Origin: a virus | Length of the DNA stretch: 39,764 nt | Reading direction: 5' to 3' (one strand) | UHGV virus genome: UHGV-0145637 | Shown here: piece after piece, positions 9,335-18,461 of the stretch | How the letters are laid out: each line of letters opens with the position of its first letter | Position numbering within the stretch: the first letter of the stretch is position 1 | Made by a program: the position numbers and the translations under genes | Notes under the pieces: generated by a model | The model's input: the letters and a program-made list of their open reading frames with translations, nothing else | The model's database searches: none | Told to the model about the DNA's origin: nothing

Positions 9335-9398
9335 ATCGATACCTTTAGTTTTATCCGGGCGGCGTTGCCATGCCGCCTGTTGTTACGGAGACACGATA

Positions 9399-9911
9399 AT
9401 GAATCGCGCTTCCCTGATTACCTTAATACATGTCGCAAAACGCGATCTACAGCTTGACCATGAGACCTACACATCCGTACTACTGGCAGCCACCGGCAAA
9501 CCCAGTTGCCGGGATATGTCACCGGATGAGTTATCCCGCGTGCTGGATGTTTTCAAAAAACGCGGTTTTAAAGTGCGTCAGAAGCCGGTTAACCGGGCCT
9601 TAAAACCGGGTACGGTGACCGCCAAAATTCGCGCCATCTGGAAGGTGATGCACCGGCAGGGCTTTATCTCTGATGGCGGGGAAACAGCCCTTAACCGCTG
9701 GGTGAAATCGCAGACGGCCGCTCAGAACGGCGGCGAAGGTGTGGCTAACTGGCAGTGGCTGGAACAACACCCCGCGCTGGCCTCTGATGTGCTGGAGCGT
9801 CTCAAACGCTGGCACCGCCGCAAGATGCTGGATGTGCTGGGGATGCCAGCGCGTACAGTGATGAGTTATGAGCGCGTTTGCAGGCTGTATGAAGAATCCT
9901 CCCCCTTTTAA
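9399..9911 (+). CDS. gemA: GemA/gp16-like early regulatory protein
   Basis: 170 aa; N-terminal pattern LITLIHVAKRDLQLDHETYTSVLLAATGK typical of Mu gp16 family as recalled; position before the Mor/C-family gene. Confidence 0.65.
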   Translation: MNRASLITLIHVAKRDLQLDHETYTSVLLAATGKPSCRDMSPDELSRVLDVFKKRGFKVRQKPVNRALKPGTVTAKIRAIWKVMHRQGFISDGGETALNRWVKSQTAAQNGGEGVANWQWLEQHPALASDVLERLKRWHRRKMLDVLGMPARTVMSYERVCRLYEESSPF

Positions 9912-9919
9912 CCCCAAAC

Positions 9920-9946
9920 CCCGCCACAGCGCGGGATTTTTATTTT
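9920..9946 (+). terminator. Rho-independent terminator after gemA
   Basis: Stem CCCGC / GCGGG with 6-nt loop, followed by ATTTTTATTTT. Confidence 0.6.
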
Positions 9947-9981
9947 AAACTTGCCCTGTGTAATGATGACCGGAGGCGGGT

Positions 9982-10404
9982 ATGGCTGAAACACAGATGA
10001 GCATGTTTGGTGACAGCGAACAGCTGCACGCGCTGATTGACCGTCTGGATGATATTCCTGATGATGAGCTGAAAAAGAACTGGCCCGGCACGCTGCGGGA
10101 CCTGGTTGATGTGATCAGTGCTGAACTGCACCGTCAGGGGATTGAACCTGCTCAGGCGGGAATGCTTGCCCGTAAGGTTGCAGCCGCACAGGCCGGGTAC
10201 ATGGGCGGGCGTGGTTATTATCTCCCGGTCGGTGAATCCCTTTTCACCGAACTGCGCAATAATGAAATTTTTTCCCGCTGGAGCCAGGGCGAAAAAATTG
10301 AAACCCTGCGCCGCCACTACCAGATGTCAGAGACGCAGATTTACTCCGTTATCCGCAACCAGCGTCGCCTGCATCAGGAACGCACGCAGCCACGGCTTTT
10401 CTGA
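9982..10404 (+). CDS. Mor/C-family transcription activator (middle/late)
   Basis: 140 aa; C-terminal HTH-like region (...ETLRRHYQMSETQIYSVIRNQRRL) resembles the Mor/C family as recalled; only one family member in the window. Confidence 0.7.
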   Translation: MAETQMSMFGDSEQLHALIDRLDDIPDDELKKNWPGTLRDLVDVISAELHRQGIEPAQAGMLARKVAAAQAGYMGGRGYYLPVGESLFTELRNNEIFSRWSQGEKIETLRRHYQMSETQIYSVIRNQRRLHQERTQPRLF

Positions 10405-10475
10405 TATTCCGCAAATCCTGCCCACTTTTTCCCACGGTTACGCTGACTCAGAGAACACCATGAGACAGCGTAACA

Positions 10476-10976
10476 ATGCCAAAACTCCCCGCACCCCTGC
10501 GTAAAAAGCTGATTGCCCTTGTTCTGGCCGGAGCCGGGACGTTCACCATTGCCACGCACTACACCGGCTACTGGGAAGGGAAAGAAAACACCACGTACAT
10601 TGATCCCACCGGCACCCCCACCATCTGTTACGGCCATACCGGCCCGGATGTGAAACCGGGGATGACAAAAACTGATGAAGAGTGTCTGGAGCTGCTGGAA
10701 AAGGACATGAAATGGGCCTTTGCGGCTATCGATCGTCATGTTCAGGTGCCGCTTACCCGTGGTCAGACGGTGGCGCTGGCCTCCTGGATTTTCTGGGCCG
10801 GTGAAACGAACTTTCGCAACTCCACGCTCCTGTGCCTTATCAATGCCGGGCAGATGCCCGCGTCCTGTAAGCAGTATATCCGCTGGATTTATTCAAAGGG
10901 GGTAAAACTCCCCGGTCTTGAGGCCCGCCGTTCGGCGGATGAATGGTTATGTCGTTACGATTTGCCGAAAGTCTGA
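10476..10976 (+). CDS. Endolysin, phage lysozyme type with SAR-like N-terminal segment
   Basis: Gly/Ala-rich weakly hydrophobic N-terminus (LIALVLAGAGTFTIA) followed by E-x8-D-x5-T spacing (EGKENTTYIDPTGTPT). Confidence 0.7.
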   Translation: MPKLPAPLRKKLIALVLAGAGTFTIATHYTGYWEGKENTTYIDPTGTPTICYGHTGPDVKPGMTKTDEECLELLEKDMKWAFAAIDRHVQVPLTRGQTVALASWIFWAGETNFRNSTLLCLINAGQMPASCKQYIRWIYSKGVKLPGLEARRSADEWLCRYDLPKV

Positions 10977-11088
10977 ACCGCTTCTGGCGACCGCTCATGA
11001 TTGCGCTGCTGTGTGCCGTTGTGCTGCTGCGGGGTGTGCTGTGGCTGCGGTGAACAATCCCTTACCGGCCCTGATTGCCGGAGGCTGT

Positions 11089-11439
11089 ATGGCGGCGCTG
11101 GGGGTGATGAGCGTGCTGGCTGCCGTGGTATGGGGAATGCACCAGAAGACGCAGCGCCTTGAGGACAATAATCATGTGCTTGTGCGTGAACGGGACGAAG
11201 CCCGTCTGGTGCTGGCAAACCAGCAACGCACCCTGCAACTCATTTCACAAATCAGCAAGGCGGCCACGAATGAAAAACAGCAGAACATGCAGCACAGCGA
11301 GGAACAGCAGAGCATTGTCCGCCGGTCGCTGGCAACGGTGCCTGCGGCCTCTGTTCCTGTGCCTGATGATGTGGCTGACCGGGTGCGGCGGGCCGTCTGT
11401 GAAATACGTGCCGGTGAAGCCGGTGCCGATCCCCGCTGA
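11089..11439 (+). CDS. Putative i-spanin (N-terminal TM helix plus periplasmic coiled coil)
   Basis: MAALGVMSVLAAVVWGM TM segment then charged helical region; GGAGG 4 nt upstream of ATG 11089. Start uncertain (alternatives 10918, 11041). Confidence 0.45.
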   Translation: MAALGVMSVLAAVVWGMHQKTQRLEDNNHVLVRERDEARLVLANQQRTLQLISQISKAATNEKQQNMQHSEEQQSIVRRSLATVPAASVPVPDDVADRVRRAVCEIRAGEAGADPR

Positions 11440-11641
11440 ATGGCTGGCTGACTGTCTGGTCCCTCCTGTGCCGCAGCCGTTCACATTTGGCGCATCGGTC
11501 ACTTACAACCTGCAACTGCTGGCGGTGATTAAAAACTGCAACGTGGACAAGGCCAGCATCCGCCGTCTGGAGGCACAGCGACAGCATGAATTTACTGATA
11601 TGGCCGGAACGACTGCTGTTCCGGCAGGAAAGACGAAGTAA
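11270..11641 (+). CDS. Putative o-spanin lipoprotein, overlapping the i-spanin in the +1 frame
   Basis: Lipobox-like LTGC after hydrophobic PLFLCLMMW; proline-rich mature part (VPVKPVPIP, PPVPQP). Start uncertain. Confidence 0.45.
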   Translation: MKNSRTCSTARNSRALSAGRWQRCLRPLFLCLMMWLTGCGGPSVKYVPVKPVPIPAEWLADCLVPPVPQPFTFGASVTYNLQLLAVIKNCNVDKASIRRLEAQRQHEFTDMAGTTAVPAGKTK

Positions 11642-11651
11642 GGAAAAAGGT

Positions 11652-11879
11652 ATGGATGATTCAGATTGTGCTCAGGCAGTCGTGGAGCGGGCAACAGAAC
11701 GCGCCCTTTGTGACCGGCTGACACGTAAGCGCCGGGTGGCGGAGACACCGGGCAGGCGTGCATGCGCGGACTGCGGGGGTGACATTCCGGCCGCCCGTCT
11801 GGTTGCCGTGCCGGATGCCATCCGTTGTGTGAACTGCCAGAACATCATGGAGGCCGGTCATGTGGGTCAGTATCGTTAA
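11652..11879 (+). CDS. TraR/DksA-type C4 zinc-finger protein
   Basis: 75 aa with CADCGG ... CVNCQ cysteine pairs; start at MDDSD with AAGGAAAAAGG RBS. Confidence 0.6.
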   Translation: MDDSDCAQAVVERATERALCDRLTRKRRVAETPGRRACADCGGDIPAARLVAVPDAIRCVNCQNIMEAGHVGQYR

Positions 11880-12168
11880 AGATTATGTCGTGCCGATCCT
11901 GTCGGCCACGGCCACGGCCGGGGGGATCTTTATGGCGCTGATGCGCAAAACCTTTGTCCCCCGCGAGGCCTTTGAAAAACTCTCCGACCGGGTTGAGCGG
12001 GTGGAGAGCCGGATTTCCGGCCTGCCCACGCAGCAGGAGGTGAACAGACTCAATATCGAAATCACCACCCTGCGCGGTGAGCTTAAGGCCACCAATGCCA
12101 CCCTGAAATCCGTCTCCCACCAGAACGAACTGCTGCTGGAGCAGGCTGTAAGGAAAAAAACACAATGA
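11860..12168 (+). CDS. Membrane-anchored coiled-coil protein (possible lysis/morphogenesis accessory)
   Basis: N-terminal hydrophobic segment VVPILSATATAGGIFMALM then helical region. Confidence 0.4.
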   Translation: MWVSIVKDYVVPILSATATAGGIFMALMRKTFVPREAFEKLSDRVERVESRISGLPTQQEVNRLNIEITTLRGELKATNATLKSVSHQNELLLEQAVRKKTQ

Positions 12169-12455
12169 GTGATTTCATTACTGAAGATCAGCGTCTTGTC
12201 ATTCTGCGGTCGCTGGCGGATTACAACGGCGAACTGGGCGAATCCGTGCTTCAGGACTGCCTGGATGATTACGGCCACCGTGTGTCCCGCGACACCGTTC
12301 ACACCCACATTGCCTGGCTTGCCGAGCAGGGACTGGTGCGTAAGCGCACGCTTGTTAACGGTTATTTCATCGCTGAACTGACCGGCCGGGGTCAGGATGT
12401 GGCGGAAGGTCGTGCCACTGTTCCGGGTGTGAAGAAACCACGCGCAAGGGGGTAA
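12165..12455 (+). CDS. Hypothetical protein, possibly DNA-binding
   Basis: 96-aa ORF, start overlaps upstream stop. Confidence 0.4.
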   Translation: MSDFITEDQRLVILRSLADYNGELGESVLQDCLDDYGHRVSRDTVHTHIAWLAEQGLVRKRTLVNGYFIAELTGRGQDVAEGRATVPGVKKPRARG

Positions 12456-12457
12456 CG

Positions 12458-13039
12458 ATGGATAAGCCAACGCGTGGCCGTGTACGCAAGGTGGATTTGC
12501 TCCCCGACAGCATCCGTAAGCCGCTGCTGGAAATGCTGCGTGAAAAACGCCTGACGCAGGTCCAGATCCGCGAGGAAATCAACCGCCTGATCCGTGAGGC
12601 GGGTCTGCCGGAAGAGCAGCAGCTTTCACCGGCGGCCATCAGCCGGGAGGCCTCCCGTAATGAGCTGATTGCCCGTAACCTGCGTGATTTACGCGAGCAG
12701 ACAAAAGCCATGATGGCCGAACTGGGGGACAAGCCGACCGGTGAAACCACGGCACTGATTCTGGAAATGTCCCGCGCCCTGATGTACCGCCGTCTGCGTG
12801 CTGCCACCGAATCCCTGAACAGCGACAGCGATGTGGATATGCGCCTTATTAAGGACATCCTCCTGTCGGCACAGCGTGCGGAAAGTGCCGCCGAGCGCAG
12901 CATTAAGCGTGAAAAAGAAATCCGGGCCGCATTTGCTGAAGAGATGGCGAACGCCGTCACCGACGAGTTGCGCGGCGTGGATGGCATGAGCGAGCAGATA
13001 GAATTCCGTATCAGGCAGATGCTGCTTGGTAAGGCGTAG
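12458..13039 (+). CDS. Putative terminase small subunit / DNA-binding packaging protein (Mu gp27-like)
   Basis: 193 aa, basic N-terminus, lies just upstream of terminase large subunit. Confidence 0.5.
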   Translation: MDKPTRGRVRKVDLLPDSIRKPLLEMLREKRLTQVQIREEINRLIREAGLPEEQQLSPAAISREASRNELIARNLRDLREQTKAMMAELGDKPTGETTALILEMSRALMYRRLRAATESLNSDSDVDMRLIKDILLSAQRAESAAERSIKREKEIRAAFAEEMANAVTDELRGVDGMSEQIEFRIRQMLLGKA

Positions 13040-13049
13040 GAGGTGAATC

Positions 13050-13298
13050 GTGGTAACAGATAACCGCTCACTGATGAGTAGTGCTCATCAGAAGGCATTC
13101 AGTCTTGCAACACAGTTACCTCCTGAAACCATAAAAGCGTGTCGTGAGTTGACTGAACTCAGCATTGCCGGGGAAATATCCCTGGAACAACTGCATTCGC
13201 TGCTGGCAGAGGCTGTCACTGATGAGTTGAGTGGCGTGGACGTGATGACTGAAGAGCTTGAGTTCCGAATCAAAAGCATTCTGACAGGTAAAGCCTGA
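13050..13298 (+). CDS. Small protein whose C-terminal tail duplicates that of the upstream gp27-like protein
   Basis: C-terminus VTDELSGVDVMTEELEFRIKSILTGKA versus VTDELRGVDGMSEQIEFRIRQMLLGKA. Confidence 0.45.
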   Translation: MVTDNRSLMSSAHQKAFSLATQLPPETIKACRELTELSIAGEISLEQLHSLLAEAVTDELSGVDVMTEELEFRIKSILTGKA

Positions 13299-14962
13299 TG
13301 AACAAAGCCAAAGAAACGTCTCCTTCACTGATACAAATGACGCCTCCCCGCAAAATTGATCTGTCCGGTGAAAAAGCCCTGCTGGGCGTGGATGTGCCGG
13401 ACAGACTTGATTTGCCCGGTGATATGCCGGTGTTTCTGGATTATCAGGCCCGCTGGTTTGAGGATGAAAGTCAGGTCTGCATTGCGGAAAAATCCCGCCG
13501 CACCGGTCTTACCTGGGCGGAAGCCGGGCGTAACGTCATTACTGCTGCAAAACCGAAGCGTCGTGGTGGCCGCAATGTGTTTTATGTGGGATCAAAGCAG
13601 GAGATGGCGCTGGAATATATTTCTGCCTGCGCGCTGTTCTCCCGTGCCTTTAACCAGCTGGCAGATGCTGATGTGTATGAGCAGACATTCTGGGATCGGG
13701 ATAAAAAAGAAGAAATTTTGACCTACATGATCCGCTTTCCGAACAGTGGATTCAAAATTCAGGCATTGTCTTCCCGTCCGTCAAACCTGCGCGGCCTTCA
13801 GGGGGATGTGGTGATTGATGAAGCCGCGTTCCACGAGTCGCTGGATGAACTTCTCAAGGCGGCAATGGCGCTCACTATGTGGGGCGCGCGCGTGCGTATT
13901 ATCTCCACGCATAACGGCGTCGATAATCTGTTTAATCAGTACATTCAGGAAGCCCGCGAGGGGCGCAAGGATTACAGCGTCCACCGCATAACCCTGGATG
14001 ATGCCATTGCGGACGGGCTGTACCGTCGTATCTGTTACGTCACCGATCAGGAATGGTCACCGGAAAGCGAGCAGAAATGGCGTGATGATCTCTACAAAAA
14101 TGCCCCGACCCGTGAGGATGCCGACGAGGAATACGGCTGTATCCCGAAAAAATCCGGCGGTGCCTATATCCCCCACGCGCTTATTGAAATGGCGATGATC
14201 CGCGACATCCCGATTCTGACGTTTGAAGCCCCGGACAACTTCATCAGCCGTGCCGCATGGCTGCGTGAATCGGAAGTTTTAACCTGGTGTGAAGAACATT
14301 TAAAACCGCTTTTAGAGAAATTAAATCCCCGTTCCCGCTTCAGCTTCGGGGAAGACTTTGCCCGCACCGGTGACCTGTCCTGCTTTGTGCTGCTGGAAAT
14401 CACCGAATCCCTGGCAAAGCGCGAGGTGTTTCGCGTGGAGCTGCGCAACCTGCCGTATGCCCAGCAGGAACAGGTGATGATGTACATCCTGACCCGCGTT
14501 CCGGCGCTGGTCGGTGCGGCGTTCGACGCCACCGGTAACGGCGGCTATCTGGCAGAGGCCGCACTGCTGGCCTTTGGCCCGGACATCATCGACTGCGTGA
14601 TGTTGTCGCCGAAGTGGTACGGCGAGTGGATGCCAAAACTGAAAGCCGAGTTTGAAGATCAGAATATCCTCGTCGCCCGCCATCAGACCACGCTTGATGA
14701 TTTGCGCCATGTGAAGGTAGTGAATGGTATCCCGCAAATCGACAAGGGGCGCACGAAGGACCAGAACGCAACGGCTGCGAACGCCCGCCGCCATGGTGAT
14801 TTTGCCGTGGCGCTCTGTATGGCAAACCGGGCGTCATACATGGAGGGCTTCATCCTGGATGAATCAGCCTGTCAGGCGCTACCGGAGCGGTCGCGGGCAA
14901 TGGAGGGCGGTTATCGTGATGACGATGAGGCATATCATGAATTTGATCGGGGGGGCTGGTAG
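13298..14962 (+). CDS. Terminase large subunit (Mu gp28-like)
   Basis: 554 aa, position and size; start overlaps upstream stop. Confidence 0.8.
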   Translation: MNKAKETSPSLIQMTPPRKIDLSGEKALLGVDVPDRLDLPGDMPVFLDYQARWFEDESQVCIAEKSRRTGLTWAEAGRNVITAAKPKRRGGRNVFYVGSKQEMALEYISACALFSRAFNQLADADVYEQTFWDRDKKEEILTYMIRFPNSGFKIQALSSRPSNLRGLQGDVVIDEAAFHESLDELLKAAMALTMWGARVRIISTHNGVDNLFNQYIQEAREGRKDYSVHRITLDDAIADGLYRRICYVTDQEWSPESEQKWRDDLYKNAPTREDADEEYGCIPKKSGGAYIPHALIEMAMIRDIPILTFEAPDNFISRAAWLRESEVLTWCEEHLKPLLEKLNPRSRFSFGEDFARTGDLSCFVLLEITESLAKREVFRVELRNLPYAQQEQVMMYILTRVPALVGAAFDATGNGGYLAEAALLAFGPDIIDCVMLSPKWYGEWMPKLKAEFEDQNILVARHQTTLDDLRHVKVVNGIPQIDKGRTKDQNATAANARRHGDFAVALCMANRASYMEGFILDESACQALPERSRAMEGGYRDDDEAYHEFDRGGW

Positions 14963-16551
14963 TGGGACGCATCATTGATACTGACGGAAAACCTTTCTCC
15001 TTTGACCCGGAGATGCAGAGTGCCGCGCTGGATATTCCGCAGATTGCCAGCCGTTATATTGAACATCCGGCTTCGGGTATCACCCCGAACCGGGCGGCGC
15101 AGTGCCTTCGCGGGGCTGAACGTGGCGATCTGATTGCCCAGTCCGATCTGGCCGCTGATATTGAAGAAAAGGACACCCACCTTTTTGCGGAGCTGGGCAA
15201 GCGACGTCTTGCCATTCAGGGGGTGCCATGGAGTATTGAGCCGCCACCGAACGCCAGCGCGAATGAGAAAAAGGACGCGGAAATGCTCGACGAATATCTG
15301 CATTCCGCAGACTGGTTTGATGCCATGCTGTTTGACGCCACGGATGCCATCCTGAAGGGCTATTCCTGCATGGAAATTGAGCACGGGATGCTCGGTAAAA
15401 TGCACATCATCCGCGCCATCCGCTGGCGTGACAGCGGGCATTTCTGCCTTAACCCGGATGATTTGAGCGAACTGCGGCTGCGTGACGGCAGCCATTCCGG
15501 GGTGGCGTTTCAGCCCTTTGGCTGGATAGTGCATCAGTCGCGTTCACGCACCGGTTACGGTGGTGCAACCGGGCTTGTCCGGACGCTTATCTGGCCGTTC
15601 ATTTTCAAAAACTATTCCGTGCGCGATCTGGCGGAATTTCTGGAGGTGTACGGCCTGCCGATGAAGGTCGGGAAATACCCGTCCGGGGCAACACCGGAGC
15701 AGAAAAGTGCCCTGATGCGGGCGGTGATGGATATCGGGCGACGTACAGGCGGGATCATCCCGGCCGGGATGTCGCTGGAGTTTCAGGCGGCAGCGAACGG
15801 TCAGGCCGATCCGTTTGAAACCATGATTTCGTGGGGGGAGCGTTCCATCTCCAAAGCAATACTCGGCGGCACGCTGACCACGGAAGCCGGAGACAAAGGC
15901 GCGCGCTCACTGGGTGAGGTACATAACGAGGTGCGCCGGGAAATCAGGGATTCTGATTTACGACAGCTGGCTGCAACCCTGAACCGCGATCTGGTGTATC
16001 CGCTGTACGCCCTGAACACCACGCACACTATTGATATCCGCCGTCTGCCACGTATCTGCTTCCAGACAAAAGAACCAGGTGATATCACCAAAATCACCAG
16101 TGCGGTGATGCAGCTCAGTACGGGGATGGATATTTCTGATCCCTGGATACGTGAGCAGACCGGTATTCCGCAGCCCACGCCCGGTGAAGCCATATTCCGT
16201 GTCCGTCAGAGTGGCAATGAACCGGCTCAGACCGACAGGGAAACACCACCGGAAAAACAGGAAAAAACAGAGCAGACGGCGCTGTCAGCCAGACTGCCGG
16301 AAGCGAAAAGCACGCCGCGTGATGAACTGGATGATATGGGGGACGCGGTGCCTGCCCGCCGCTTACAGGAGGCCATCGACCCGGTACTGGAGCCGGTCAT
16401 TGATGCCATCAGAACGCGGGGGCTGGCGGATGCGCTGGCAGACCTGCCTGCCCTTTATCGTGAAATGGATGATTCCCGCCTGATGACGCTGCTCAGTGAT
16501 GCCATGTTTGCTGCGGAAATGAAGGGGATGCTGGATGACACAGGGGATTGA
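14962..16551 (+). CDS. Portal protein (Mu gp29-like)
   Basis: 529 aa immediately after terminase; GTG start overlapping the terminase stop. Confidence 0.8.
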   Translation: MGRIIDTDGKPFSFDPEMQSAALDIPQIASRYIEHPASGITPNRAAQCLRGAERGDLIAQSDLAADIEEKDTHLFAELGKRRLAIQGVPWSIEPPPNASANEKKDAEMLDEYLHSADWFDAMLFDATDAILKGYSCMEIEHGMLGKMHIIRAIRWRDSGHFCLNPDDLSELRLRDGSHSGVAFQPFGWIVHQSRSRTGYGGATGLVRTLIWPFIFKNYSVRDLAEFLEVYGLPMKVGKYPSGATPEQKSALMRAVMDIGRRTGGIIPAGMSLEFQAAANGQADPFETMISWGERSISKAILGGTLTTEAGDKGARSLGEVHNEVRREIRDSDLRQLAATLNRDLVYPLYALNTTHTIDIRRLPRICFQTKEPGDITKITSAVMQLSTGMDISDPWIREQTGIPQPTPGEAIFRVRQSGNEPAQTDRETPPEKQEKTEQTALSARLPEAKSTPRDELDDMGDAVPARRLQEAIDPVLEPVIDAIRTRGLADALADLPALYREMDDSRLMTLLSDAMFAAEMKGMLDDTGD

Positions 16552-17866
16552 TTTAGGTTATGCCGCCACGCTTCCCTCAAAAGAGGCGGTAGCATACTTC
16601 CGTGTCAAAGGGGCGCATATCAGCTGGAACTGGTTCGAAACAGCCGCGGATGTTCATGCCCGCTCATTCACGGCAGCAAAAGCGGCACGCCTGGATGTGG
16701 TGACCACGTTACAGGCCGAAGTGCAGCGGGCCATTGATGAGGGAATTTCACAGAAAGCATTTATCCGCACGCTGACGCCACGCCTGCAAAAGCTGGGATG
16801 GTGGGGAAAGCAGATTGTGGTGGACAGCGACGGTAACGCGGAAGAAGTGCAACTGGGCAGTCCCCGTCGTCTGGCGCTGATTTACAACGTGAACACCCGG
16901 GTGGCTTACAATGCCGGGCGTTACACGCAGATGATGAACAACACGGACACGCATCCGTTCTGGCAGTATGTGGCGGTCATGGACAGCCGTACCCGCCCGT
17001 CGCATTCCGCCCTTAACGGTCTGGTATTCCGCTATGACGATCCGTTCTGGAAAACACACTACCCACCTAATGGCTGGAACTGCCGCTGCCGTGTGCGGCC
17101 ATTGTCTCAGGCTCGTCTGGATGCAATGGGGTTATCCGTTTCATCCGGTGAGGATCATCTCTCCACCCGCAATGTTGAGGCTGGCGTGGATAAACAGACC
17201 GGAGAAGTCAGAGAAATGCCGGTGACCACATATTCAGATGGCACCAGAACCATGACACCGGATGTGGGCTGGTCATATAACCCCGGCTCGGCAGCGTTCG
17301 GCACAGACCAGGCGCTGATCCGCAAACTGATCGAGGTGAAAAGCCCGGCGTTACGGGAAATGGTGGTTCAGGAGATGAACAACAGCCCGGAGCGGCAGCT
17401 GGCGTTCCGCATCTGGGCAAAAAACATCATGCAGACCCGGCGAGGTGGTAACGATATCCGCACGCTGGGCTTTATGACTGAAAGCATTGCGCAGGCAGTG
17501 GAAAGCCGGACGGGAACGCCACCGGCCCGCCTGCTGGCGATGAGCGGTAAAAATGTGCTCCATGCAGACAGTGTGAAACATCAGAATGACGGCATCGCCC
17601 TGATGCCAGAGGACTTCGGGCGCTTACCGGCAATGCTGGCAAAGCCAAAAGCGGTGCTGTGGGACAAACGGCACAAAAATCTGATGTATATCGTGGAAAA
17701 TAAGGATGGCAGTGTGCAGATTGCCGTTAATGCACCGTACAGTCTGAAACGTCAGCCCGACAAACTGGATGTGATTGTGAATGCTTACCGGGTTATCAAT
17801 ATGGATAAGCTGAAATCGGATATCCGGGGCGGAATGCTTGAGGTGCTGGAAGGACAAATTGATTAA
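16535..17866 (+). CDS. Head morphogenesis protein (Mu F-like)
   Basis: 443 aa following portal, as in Mu. Confidence 0.7.
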   Translation: MTQGIDLGYAATLPSKEAVAYFRVKGAHISWNWFETAADVHARSFTAAKAARLDVVTTLQAEVQRAIDEGISQKAFIRTLTPRLQKLGWWGKQIVVDSDGNAEEVQLGSPRRLALIYNVNTRVAYNAGRYTQMMNNTDTHPFWQYVAVMDSRTRPSHSALNGLVFRYDDPFWKTHYPPNGWNCRCRVRPLSQARLDAMGLSVSSGEDHLSTRNVEAGVDKQTGEVREMPVTTYSDGTRTMTPDVGWSYNPGSAAFGTDQALIRKLIEVKSPALREMVVQEMNNSPERQLAFRIWAKNIMQTRRGGNDIRTLGFMTESIAQAVESRTGTPPARLLAMSGKNVLHADSVKHQNDGIALMPEDFGRLPAMLAKPKAVLWDKRHKNLMYIVENKDGSVQIAVNAPYSLKRQPDKLDVIVNAYRVINMDKLKSDIRGGMLEVLEGQID

Positions 17867-17987
17867 CGGTCAGTGGCGGGGGTCGAACCCGCATACATGA
17901 TCCACCCGGAGGCAGGCACCGACTTTACCAGTTAAGCGTACACTGACCGCCTGTTTATTTTATATTCATCCTTTATGCGGAGGCAAT

Positions 17988-18461
17988 ATGTCATCCATTG
18001 ATGCCGCTGTCGTTGTTGACGTTACGCGTCTCCAGCGGGTGTTTGCCCGGCTTCAGTTTGTGGGCGGCGGAAAAGACCTGGCCCGCAGTGTGGCGGAGAG
18101 TCTTCTGTCATCGTCAGAAATGGCGTTTGAACAGGAAAAAGAGCCGGACGGCGAACGCTGGCATGACTGGTCAGATCCTTACCGCAAGTGGCGTACCCGT
18201 AAGGGATACACGCCCGGCAAAATCCTGACACTGAACGGCGATCTGGCCCGCCGCCTGACCACGGATTATGGCGATACCTGGGCGCTGATTGGATCAAATG
18301 AACCTTATGCGGCCATTCATCAGTGGGGTGGCCTGCCTGGTATGCCACCGGGACCGGCGGCCATTGGCGCACGTCCGTATATGGGCTTTGATCAGGTGGC
18401 AGAACAGGAGATCATGGACGAAATCAGAAAACGCTTTAAAAAGGCCACAGAAACGCCGTAA
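17988..18461 (+). CDS. Virion morphogenesis protein (Mu G-like)
   Basis: 157 aa; position between F-like and I-like genes. Confidence 0.6.
   Translation: MSSIDAAVVVDVTRLQRVFARLQFVGGGKDLARSVAESLLSSSEMAFEQEKEPDGERWHDWSDPYRKWRTRKGYTPGKILTLNGDLARRLTTDYGDTWALIGSNEPYAAIHQWGGLPGMPPGPAAIGARPYMGFDQVAEQEIMDEIRKRFKKATETP

Noticed and set aside
12367-13098. 243-aa minus-strand ORF overlapping the gp27-like and small packaging genes
   Set aside because: Antisense to tightly coupled forward genes with good RBSs; Ser/Arg-rich low-complexity translation; judged a shadow ORF.
17868-17950. Possible complete tRNA gene on the minus strand
   Set aside because: Only the T-arm and an acceptor-like pairing fold cleanly. 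I could not form a D-arm with correct spacing or an anticodon stem by hand, so it is reported only as a hairpin observation.
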